The translations under genes were made by a program, and so were the position numbers. Of a stretch of 64,000 nucleotides of DNA, positions 53,334-64,000 are shown piece after piece. Origin of the DNA: Eledone cirrhosa (lineage: Eukaryota); assembly GCA_964016885.1 (NCBI GenBank), contig OZ024741.1, positions 157,170,001 to 157,234,000 on the forward strand, given 5' to 3'. The number at the start of each line of letters is the position of its first letter. Positions within the stretch are counted from its first letter, which is position 1. The notes below the pieces were generated by a model. That model ran no database searches. It was not told where the DNA came from and saw nothing but the letters and a program-made list of their open reading frames with translations.

Positions 53334-53498
53334 ATTGTTTCTACTTTTGCCACAAAAGTACATTACTGGTACTTTTATTTTATCAATCCCATAAGGATGA
53401 AAGGCAAAGTTAACCTCGGCGTGATTTGAACTCAGATCGTAAAGGGACGTAACTATACTAGAAAGCATGTCCGACCCTCTACTGATACTGCCAATTCA
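53334..53498 (-). mobile_element. tRNA-derived SINE
   Basis: Reverse complement of the 30274 family. Confidence 0.85.
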
Positions 53499-53596
53499 AA
53501 TATCAGTACTTTAGTTTTGTATTCTCAATTAAAACTTAACTTCATTGTTTTATTTTTATAGGGACATATCATAGTTTGATTGCTACATGTCTACAG

Positions 53597-53941
53597 TTAA
53601 ACTTTCCTCCTAATATGCTATGAAGACTTTTTTCCTCAGAAAAGGAAGGAGTACTCTCAGACTTTTCAGCCGAGTTTTCTTTACCATTTCTTTTAACCTC
53701 TATTTTTTTTTTTTTTTTAAACCGTAGTAGGGGGAAACATTGGACTGTTCACCCTCCTCCCCGCGTTAGGGTTGGGGCTAAGGTTTGAGTGAGGGTTTAG
53801 GTTAGGGTTGGGCCTGTGATTAGCGTTAGGGTTAGGAGGTAAAACAAACTCCAAGAAGGATGGGGTTAGATTCTAGGGTCCCCCTTTCCCTTTCGTTTTC
53901 CAGGAAAAAGTCCTTTGTAGCATATTAGGAGCAAAGTTTAA
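53597..53941. mobile_element. MITE-like element with ~50-bp imperfect TIRs and internal degenerate TTAGGG repeats
   Basis: ttaaactttcctcctaatatgcta... pairs with ...tagcatattaggagcaaagtttaa. gttaggg-like units at 53766-53838. Confidence 0.65.
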
Positions 53942-54180
53942 TTGGAGGAAAAAATAATTTCCTACTGAAAACAGTGGATGTGTGTGCGCGTGAAATGTCC
54001 GACGATTCACCCTCCTTTTTCCGTGGAAACAAGTCCTTTACACCACAATAAGATGTAAGTTTAGTTGATAATACGCGAAAAAAAAGACGAAAAAAAAATT
54101 ATTTCCCACTGAAATTGGGGAGCGAGATGTCTTTCTATAAATTTACGAAATTATTTATATATTTTATATTGATAATGATA

Positions 54181-54570
54181 ATTGTTTCTACTTTTGGCAC
54201 AAGGTCAGCAAATACCCAGTGTATTACTGGTACTTTATTTTATCGACCCCATAAGGATGAAAGGCAAAGTTAACCTCGGCGGGATTTGAACTCAGAATGG
54301 CAAGGGCCGTAATTCTATGCGTCAAAGCATGGCGTCCGACCCTCTACCGATACTGCCAAAATGATAATGTATAATGTAAATAATTGTTTCTACTTTTGGC
54401 ACAAGGGCAGCAATTATCCCAGTGTATTACTGGTACTTTATTTTATCGACCCCGTAAGGATGAAAGGCAAAGTTAACCTCGGCGGGATTTGAACTCATTC
54501 CGCAAAGGGACGTAACTGTGCTACAAAGCATGGCGTCCGACCCTCTACCGATACTGCCAATCCCCCGCCC
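54181..54570 (-). mobile_element. Two tandem tRNA-derived SINEs (54181-54359 and 54383-54570)
   Basis: Both are reverse-complement copies of the 30274 family. The second has the 5' end gggcgggggattggcag and a flanking duplication ataatgtaaataat. Confidence 0.9.
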
Positions 54571-54594
54571 ATAATGTAAATAATATAGTTGTTT

Positions 54595-54609
54595 ACGGAA
54601 GTGACGTCA
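54595..54609 (+). promoter_or_regulatory. Overlapping ETS-CRE element ACGGAAGTGACGTCA upstream of CIR1
   Basis: CGGAAGT (ETS) overlaps the perfect palindrome TGACGTCA (CRE), about 360 bp before the ATG, in an otherwise CpG-poor region. Confidence 0.7.
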
Positions 54610-54971
54610 GTGTAAGCGTGATCACGAAGTGAATAATATCAACTTCCTATAAACACAAACATTTACAATGGTGTAATTTCATATATTTCTCTAATTTCCA
54701 CTAGTCTTTGTGTTGTATTTACCATTACAACATGTTGATTAATATAACAACATTCATTTTAAAGTTATCTCTATGATTCTGATATAAACAGAATAGAATC
54801 ACTGTTGAGAACTTTAAAACAGCCTACATCTTTCTCTCTTAAATACATACATCCACACGCACACAAATATTATATACAAATACAAACATTATATACATTC
54901 ATTATAGAAATCATTATATATATTTATATATATATCTACTCTTAGTTTAACGAACATAAACCAGTGCCAAC

Positions 54972-55043
54972 ATGGGGAAAGGATTTAATAATTATATGAC
55001 AAAGAAGTTTTTCCATCCTGCTAGCAAGGAAAACATCAAACGA
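54972..55043 (+). CDS. CIR1: CIR1 (corepressor interacting with RBPJ) coding exon 1
   Basis: MGKGFNNYMTKKFFHPASKENIKR|gtaagt, the conserved CIR N-terminal domain. Confidence 0.93.
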
Positions 55044-56180
55044 GTAAGTTGATTTTAATTTCTTTTTTAGGGTAGGTGTTCCATCACCTACATGATAAAG
55101 GGACTTTTATTTATTAGACAAATTTCAATTCGGTTATATAATGTATACAATAACAAAAAGAAAAAGAAAGAGGGAAAAAAATTAAATAACGAAAGTAAGG
55201 AAAAGGTTTAGGGGAAGGGAGAAAGGCAATGTTTGAATAAAAGAAGAGAGAAAAAAAAACTGGAAACTTAGGAAGGAATACCAAACTACTAAAAAAAAAC
55301 AAATCCTCGTTTAAAACAGTAAAGGAAGGGGTGAACAACCGAGCCAACATTAAATACGTTCTTAGTCATCCATTCGCGTATATGTTTCCCAGTATGAATT
55401 AAGTTTGGTTTTATTTCCATCTCTTTCGCCGTCGTTGAAATGAAAGGAAAAACTAAAATTTGCAGATCACACCTACATAGGTTTAGCTATCCTTCCTCCA
55501 ACGATGTATCTCAAAGGAGTCTATCATTAAAACATGATAGAGGCCCCAGTCCTATCATGTATATACAAGAATACATCGCATCGCCCTGTCCGAAAATGAA
55601 ATCCACGACAATTAATTCAACACCCTAAGCTACATTTCTTGTAAAGTCCCTAGTTGGCTATCGTCAAGCAGAGCTATAATGAAAGGCCTTCCACACATGA
55701 CCATCCCATATTTTATATGTATCTAAAAGTACATTGTCAAAGAGGCCGTATATTATTTTTTTAAACGGCAAGACTGAGATTTGATGAATATTTAGCTTCT
55801 ATATCTAGTAGTTTGAGAAACCATATAGAAGCTCTAGTATTAGTTTAGTCTATTCGCTATTATTGTTACAACCTCCACTTATGTACGTTTAGTTGGCCTC
55901 CTACGAGGCAACATCTCATATGAGATTTATTGGGTGTTTCAATAATAGGGGTGCTCCACTCCTATTATGGAAAGCAACGTGAAATGAAGTCTTTTAAGAA
56001 TACAACGAGCCACTCGAAACAGGAATCGAACCCATGGCCTTATGATTGGGCGCCTAGTTCCATGTCAGACATTCTAACCGTGATCATTCCATCTTTTATT
56101 CAAACAAAATTTATTGAAATGTAGTAAATCTTGGACAACATTTTCCAATGTGCCCTTTCCAATGTGCCCTTTTCCAGTAA

Positions 56181-56335
56181 GGCGGCGCATTGGCAGAATG
56201 GTTAGGATATCGGATAGAACTCTTTCCCCATATTTTTTCCGGCTCTCTGCATACTAAGTTCAAATCCTGTCGAAGTCAATTTTGTCTTTCACCTTTTCGA
56301 GGTCGACAAATAAAGTACCACTTCAGTACTGGATC
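56181..56335 (+). mobile_element. Older tRNA-derived SINE
   Basis: tggcagaatggtt A-box, aagttcaaatcc B-box and gaggtcgacaaataaagtacc body. Confidence 0.7.
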
Positions 56336-56362
56336 CAACTTCCTCTATATTTCTTTCTCATT

Positions 56363-56415
<53 letters not shown>

Positions 56416-56429
56416 ATGCTTATGCTTGG

Positions 56430-57290
56430 TAAACACAGGTTTGTGCTGATGAACTCCGTCTCTGAATACAGGAGTCGATGTCTCATCAGGCAGTGAAATA
56501 ACTCTAGGTGTTTTGGCCCCGTCCACCGTGACACCATAGCTATTAGGGGCCACTCATCAATATAGATGATGAAACTACTCCTGCACAACAGCACAATCTG
56601 AGATGAATCTAATGTAACAACGTCCTGCAGAACAGCATCAAATTCAATGTGTCTGGTGTTGTGACTCTGAATGAGATGTCTCCATCCATTCAATATGTCA
56701 AGTACACCAGTTATCTTCTCTTTTGAGCCAAATGTAGTGACTTGTTGCCTTAGCTGCCTCCAATAATGCTCTTTAAAGGTGTTTCCTTTCCTTTGCCACC
56801 AGTCCATGGCTCCTGAACAGTGAGTCAACCCTGGTTCAGCCAAATCCTCTAACACCTGTCTCTACTGGGAAATACGATGCCTCCCATCTGCTGCTTTCAC
56901 AGCTCACTGTACTTCCTGGCCTTGCTGTTGAATGCATCAGCAATGATCACCTCCCAAGAGGGTAATCTCCATTATCTTCACCATTTTCTTTTCCTTGCCC
57001 CACAAGACAAGGTTGGGTCTCTTGGTGGTAAAAAGAGGGAAATAAATAGTATTTGCCATCCAAATCAACTGACACTTCCCAAATCTCTGATTCGGGGTGA
57101 GTATTCTTTCTTACAGTGGCTGGTCTGCAGTGTTCTTTTCAAAACTTACGTACCACTACACATGGTATTTCGCCATTGTTCATCCTCTTCACCTTCTATT
57201 CCACTGCATTAGCCAATACTCTAAGCACCTGGTTATGCCGCCATATCTGTCTGTTCTTCAGCCTAACCACTAGGCCATACACCCTCACTA
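56430..57290 (-). mobile_element. Decayed RLE-type (Hero/NeSL-like) LINE C-terminus in CIR1 intron 1
   Basis: Minus strand, across frameshifts: WEVSVDL..KRPNLVLW..MEIT..KARKYSEL..FPVETGVRGF..HYIWLKRE. Confidence 0.6.
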
Positions 57291-57386
57291 ATATATATAT
57301 ATATATACTAACCCATGCTAGTGTGGAAGATAGACATCAAACGATGATGAAGATGATATACAGTACTATAATATAATCAATTGTAG

Positions 57387-57481
57387 GTATGGATGGCCGA
57401 ACAGAAGACAACATTTGATAAGAAGAAACAAGAAGATCTCCTGGCACAATATCAGAAGGAACAGGAACTTTATGGAAACAG
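57387..57481 (+). CDS. CIR1: CIR1 coding exon 2
   Basis: tag|[31 protein letters not shown](R)|gtag, phases consistent. Confidence 0.93.
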
Positions 57482-58217
57482 GTAGGGGACATAATTTTAC
57501 GCAACTATCATTATCTTTGTACTAAAGCCCCTCACCACATGTTTAATGCCACCACTGCACCCTAACAACTATTACCCCTACACAACTACCATACCATTGC
57601 AGTCATCCACCACATAAACTACTTAAGCTACTGCTATACACTTAATACAATTGCTACACCCACTACCACACCCTGCTAGGTACCACATAACAGAGCAATA
57701 ATATTATAGTTGCTATTACACCACTACATCTATCACCACACCATAATAATCAACACCATCACCACATTAGTGCAACTGTCACACTACTCCTTAATAGCCA
57801 TCACCTCTCCCACACTATTACTGCATACACCATATTGCACCACTGCAAACACGATCACTATCACTACATTACTACATCCACCACATCCATAAACTCTGTG
57901 AAGAGGTTGGTGATGGGAATGGCATCCGGCCATAGAAGACTTGCCAAACAAAGAGTGAAGAGGACTCTTCAGCTGTGTCAAAGACATGACAACCTCCTTA
58001 GTACAGGTATCATGATAAAATGCACTAGGTAGTATGCGGAACTGTATGTAAGCTACCAGCCCACCTAAGCATTTGGTAAGATGCAAGGATATATGTAAGC
58101 AAAATGCAGGCTCCCAGCCCACTGTTGTGCCAGTACCTCAACTTTGAGTACCAACTCAGTCTGTTGATGACGCATCCAACCCTTGCTTACAGAGAAAATG
58201 AACGTTAAACAATGGTA

Positions 58218-58398
58218 ATTGTTTTACTTTTAGCACAAGGCCAGGAATTAAACAGTACATTACTGGTACTTTATTTTATCGACCCTGTAAGGATGAAAGG
58301 CAAAGCTAACCTCAATGGCATTTGAACTCAGACCGTAAAGGGACGTAACTATGCTGGAAAGCATGGCGTCCGACCCTCTACTGATACTGCCAGTTCAG
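58218..58398 (-). mobile_element. tRNA-derived SINE
   Basis: Reverse complement of the 30274 family. Confidence 0.85.
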
Positions 58399-58613
58399 CT
58401 GATGGCCATACTACATAACCATCACCACCACCGCCATTGCCAACACTACATTGCACTACAGCTTCCACCATCACCACATTACTACATCCATCACATTACA
58501 TGACCACACTATACCACTACAGCTAAAGTTCTAGAAAGTTGCAATGATTTACATTAACTGACTCAAACTGACCATAAATAACTGCCACTGACTTCTTTCT
58601 AATGCATTTTCAG

Positions 58614-58692
58614 GGCTTTACTTGGTGATGAGAAAGCTAAGGTTGGTCTCAGTTTCATGTATGATGCTCCACCAGGTTTTAAGAAGAAAGAG
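58614..58692 (+). CDS. CIR1: CIR1 coding exon 3
   Basis: tttcag|ALLGDEKAKVGLSFMYDAPPGFKKKE|gtaatt. Confidence 0.93.
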
Positions 58693-58883
58693 GTAATTGT
58701 ATTTCTCTTTTTTCATCTTCTACACAACAGCCACTACCATCAAACTACCACATCAATCATCATCATTATCACCATAATTGTGATCACCATCACCACTATT
58801 ATCACTATCATCAGTACTGCTATAATATATATATATATATATAACTGTTATATATAAATATTTATATATTTATATCTTTTCAG

Positions 58884-58948
58884 AGTGAAGAAACAGACCA
58901 GGAATATAAATTTGCCTGGCAAAGGAAATACAATGCACCCCGAGAAGC
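58884..58948 (+). CDS. CIR1: CIR1 coding exon 4
   Basis: ttttcag|SEETDQEYKFAWQRKYNAPRE(A)|gtaagt. Confidence 0.93.
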
Positions 58949-59061
58949 GTAAGTGTTGTTTGCTGTACATAAGCTATATAAACACTAATGGACTCATGTC
59001 ATGAATTATGACACAATAGCATTGGGCGTAATTAATTTCTAAAGTCCATATATATATATAT

Positions 59062-59564
<503 letters not shown>

Positions 59565-60761
59565 CTAGATTCGCTTAAAAATATTTTTTTTAAATCATTA
59601 GAATATACACATGCATATAATGTAAAATGAGATTAGAGGCCCATATATATGTGTGTGTGTGTATGTGACAGTAATGTTGTATTCGATTCTTTGAAGTCAT
59701 CTCTCTCTTCATTTTTTTCTTCTCTGTCTCCTCTCTCTTTCTTTCAATCTACTCTCTAATGACCACTATCTCTTTCTTTCTATCATTCTCTCTCTTTATT
59801 TATGAAGGTACCCGGAGAAAACCCGTGCTCCAATTTACGCGAAACTTGTTTTATTCCATTTGTATTCCCATTTCAGGGTCAATTTCCTTTCAAAGTATTT
59901 TCCCATTATGTGCCATTTTGGCTGTATTAAATAATAGACAAGGACACAATCACAGAGTTTTAGTAGTATATAGATATATATATATATATCATCATCATTA
60001 TCAGCCTCCGCATGTCCTCTGCGTTCACTGCCATGCAGCATGGCACTTTGCACACAGGCTGACCTTTCATTCATAGGGAAACACCTTTTGTTGTTAGCAG
60101 GGGTAGCAGTTCCCTAAACGTCTTCTATCCTGCCCTTATTGTAGCTACTATGCTTTCCAAGCACCCTTCTCCACTACTAATTATATCACCTAGATAGCAA
60201 AATCTATAAACCACTTCTATGGATCCTTCCTTGGATTGGAAAAGGTTTATATTATTTATTTTATTTTGGTACTCTTACTATCAATTGACCCTCAACATCT
60301 ACTACATACAAAGTCTTCCTTTCCTGTGAGCCTGCCTACTATCCTGCTACACCCCTTGTGTACACTGTATAGAGTTTATGGCTACTCCTTTTTTACATAT
60401 CGAGCAAGGCTACTTCTCTGATTAGATTGGTGCCCTACTTCTATCATTATCATCATCATCATTTCCGTTTAACGTCAATTTGTCCACGCTTTCATGGGTT
60501 AGACAGGTCGTCCACGTCAGGAGGCAAGTCTGGCCAGGGTTGGCCATGTGTTGCACCTTGCTCTGGTAAGGACTGTAAATTTGGCTGGGTATTGTACAGC
60601 TGGATGCCCTTCCTAACACCAACCACGTATACTGTGGAACCATAGTTTTGGAGCTTGGTACTGGATGGCACCACTGCAAGGAACCTAACCCATCTCACAG
60701 CCCAGCCACAGTTTTATGGCCCGGTACTGGGTGGCACCACTATGAGAAGGGGTGGCCAGTC

Positions 60762-61527
60762 GGCTGTTCTTTAGCCCTAAGTCATCCATGATCCAACATA
60801 CCCCGATACAGCTGTTGTTTAGCCCCAGGTCATCCGTGACCCAACAGACATCTAATATAGCTGTTGTTTAGACCTAGGTCAGCATTGATACAACAGACCT
60901 CAATATAGCTACTGTTTCGTACTAGCTCATTCCTTGATTCAACATACCTCCAATATAGCTATTGTTTAGCTCTAGGTCATCATTGATCAAACAGAACCAT
61001 AATACAGCTGTTGTTTAGCCCTGGGTCATCCTTGATTCAATATGCTTCTAATATAGCTGTTGTTTAGCCTTATGTCACCCTTGATCCAACAGACCTCAAT
61101 ATAGCCGTTCTTTAGCCCTATGTCATCCTTGATCAGACCCCAAGATGGCTGTTGTTTAGCCCTAGGTCATCCTTGATCAAACATACCTTACTACCACTAT
61201 TGTTTAGCCCATCCTTGATTCAACATAACTCTAATATAGCTGTTGTTTAGCCCTAGGTCATCATTGATCAAACAACCATAATATAGCTGTTTTTTAGCCC
61301 TAGGTCATCCTTGATTCAGCAGACCTCAATATAGCTGTTGTTTAGCCCTAGGTATCATTGATTGAGCAAACATCAATATGGCTGTTGTTTAGCCCTAAGC
61401 CAGCCTTGATCGAACAGACCTCACTATAGCTGTTGTTTAACCCTAGGTCATCCGTGGTCCATCATAGCTCTAATGTAGCTATTTTTTGGCCCTGGGTAGT
61501 CCTTGATCAAACAGACCTCTAATATAG
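60762..61527. repeat. ~48-bp minisatellite, about 16 copies
   Basis: atagctgttgtttagccctaggtcatccttgatcaaacagacctcaat. Confidence 0.9.
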
Positions 61528-61571
61528 ATATATGTTTATATATATTAGGGGTCTGTTTGAACAGGGATGAA

Positions 61572-63330
61572 GGTGTGCTAGAAATAGCAGCTAAACAGGA
61601 ATAATCTCATGGTCCATAGGTGTGCTAGAAATAGCAGCTAAACAGGGTTAACCTTATGCTAGTCAATATGTGTGCTAGAAAAAGCACCTAAATGAGGTGT
61701 ACCTCATGGTAACCCATGGGTTTGCTAGGAATAGCAGCTAAATAGGGGAATCTCATGTTGGTCCATAGGTGTGCTAGAATAGCAGCTAATCAGGGGGAAA
61801 CCTCATGGTGCTCCAAAGGTGTAATAGAAATAGCAGCTAAATGGGAGGAAACCCATAGTGATCAATAGCAGCCAAATAGGAGGAACCCTTGTTCTGGTCT
61901 ATAGAACCTCATGGTGGTCCGTAGGTGTGCTAGAAATAATAGCTACTTGAGCTAAACAAGAGGAACCTCATGGTAATCCAAAGGTATGCTAAAAATAGCA
62001 GCTACATCAGCTAACATGGGGAACCTCATGGTGGTCCTTACGTATGCTAGAAATAGCAGCTAAATAGGACCCTCTAAATGGTCCATAGTTGTGCTAGAAA
62101 TAGCAGCTAAAGAGGAGGAACCTCATGGTAGTCCATATGTGTGCTAGAATTAGCAGCATAATGAGGGGAACCTTATGGTAGTCTATGGGTTTGCTAGAAA
62201 TAGCAGTGAAATAGGAGGAACCTCATGCTGGTCCATAGGTTGCTAGAAATAGTAGCTACCTGACCTAAACAGGAGGAACACCATGGTGATCCATAGGTGT
62301 GCTATCCATAGCAGCTAAATAGGAGAAATCTCATGGTGGTAAATAGATGTGCTAGAATAGCAGCTACATCAGCTAAATACGAGGAACCTTATAGTGGTCA
62401 ATAGGTTTGTTAGAAATAGCAGCTACAATGTCTAAACAGGGGAACTTTATGGTGGTCCATATGTGTGCTAGAAATAGCAGTTAATTAAGGGGAATCTCAT
62501 GGTGTTCTATAGGTGAGTTAGAAATAGCAGCTACATAAGCTAAACAGGTGGTCCTCATGGTGGTCCATAGGTGTGTTAGAAATAGCTAAACAGGAGGAAT
62601 TTCATGTGGTCCATAGGTGCTCTAGAAATAGCAGCTAAATAGGAGGAACCTCATTGTGATCCATAAGTGTGCTAAATATAGCAGCTACATCAGCTAAACA
62701 GGGGGAACCTCATGGTGGTCCTTGTGTGTGCTAGAAATAGGAGGAACATCATAGTGATCCATAGGTGTGCTAGAAATAGCAGCTAAACAGAGGGAAGCTT
62801 ATGGTAATCCATATGTGTACTAGAATTAGCAGCTATATGAGGCGAACCTCATGGTAATCCATGGGTTTGCTAGAAATAGCAGCTAAATAGGGGAACCTCA
62901 TGTTACCCATAGGTGTGCTGAAAATAACTACTTGAGCTAAACAAGAGGAACCTCATGGTGGTCCATAGGTGTGTTAGAAATAGCAGCTAATCAGGGTTTT
63001 CCTCATGGTGATCCATAGGTGAGCTAGAAAGAGCAGCTAAATATGAGGAACCTCATGGTGGTCCATAGATGTGCTAGAAATATCAGCTACATCAGCTGAA
63101 GAGGGGAATCCTCATGGTGTTCCATAGGTTTGTTATAAATAGCAGCTAAAAGGAGGATCTCATGGTGGTCTATAGGTGTGCTAGAAATAGCAGCTACATG
63201 AGCTAAACAGGAAGAAAATATAGGTGGTCAATAGGTGTACTAGAAAAACAGCTAAATATGAGGAACCTCATGGTGGTCCATAGATTTGCTAGAGATAGCA
63301 GCTAAATAGGGGAACATAATGATGGTCCAT
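61572..63330. repeat. ~50/59-bp minisatellite, about 33 copies
   Basis: ggtgtgctagaaatagcagcta(catcagcta)aacaggaggaacctcatggtggtccata. Confidence 0.9.
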
Positions 63331-63808
63331 ATATATATATGGTGGTAGTGCAGGAGTCAAAATAAAATGCTCCCGTTACATACTGTAATGTGGTTGGCAT
63401 TAGGAACAGAATCTAGCCACAGAAACCGTGCCCAAAATGGTGTGTATGTGCAAGGCATAGTCACCTGACCAGTATGGCTTCATTACTTGACATGCCTCAA
63501 GAGCATTTAGCTATAGAAACCACGTCTAACTGGATCATATATTTGAAGCCTATCTGGGAGGAGAGTAGCTCCAATTAAGTACTGACTTGATCTGTGTCAA
63601 CCTGTCTAACTCATACCAGATTAAATGAGGATGTATATGTATGCATCTGAGTTCATCTATACCTATTTATAAAAACATTGCTTCCATTTACATTGAAAAA
63701 TAAAAAAAAATATACAAAAACATTCAATAAAAGTAGATGTATGATGTATGTCCAAAACTATGGCTGTTGATGATGAGGGTTATAACTATAATGTTTTATA
63801 TTTTGCAG

Positions 63809-63960
63809 CTATGCTAAAAACGATGACACCATTCGTGATCAGCCATTTGGAATTGAAGTCAGGAATGTACGTTGCATCAAGTGCCGTGAGTGGGGTCATG
63901 TTAACACTGATAAGATATGCCCTCTCTATGGGAAAAGCTTAACTGCCGAACCATCTCAGT
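63809..63960 (+). CDS. CIR1: CIR1 coding exon 5 (zinc knuckle); the gene continues beyond the window
   Basis: ttttgcag|[50 protein letters not shown]|gtaagt. Confidence 0.95.
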
Positions 63961-64000
63961 GTAAGTACTACAACAGATCTACTGTATGACAACCTCCTTA

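Noticed and set aside
56447-56560. CTGATGA motifs on both strands in the Hero-like 3' UTR
   Set aside because: No correctly placed GAAA. It may be a decayed structure but cannot be supported.
63748-63942. 64-aa ORF from the track
   Set aside because: Out-of-frame overlap with CIR1 exon 5.

Overview
Repeat-dense, AT-rich animal genomic DNA. The repeat landscape suggests a cephalopod such as octopus, which is an inference. The right end holds the first five coding exons of a CIR1 orthologue (+ strand, ATG at 54972). An ETS-CRE element lies at 54595-54609. A weakly supported divergent minus-strand gene has candidate exons at 52870-52951, 31607-32023 and 16472-16701, so most of the window would be its introns. 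These carry Tx1, RTE, CR1-like, R4/Dong-like and Hero-like LINE remnants, tRNA-derived SINEs, piggyBac/hAT MITEs, an 8.8 kb 39-bp minisatellite open in several frames, and a near-complete Penelope-like element (RT + GIY-YIG) with a 0.9 kb inverted copy of its 3' end. The main unexplained signal is a set of type I hammerhead ribozyme motifs: 7 with intact cores and about 3 decayed, from about 6 unrelated sequence families. Most sit in small non-coding elements beside (TA)n tracts, and several repeat the Penelope element's layout of a 5' inverted copy of the 3' tail. All folds were made by eye.
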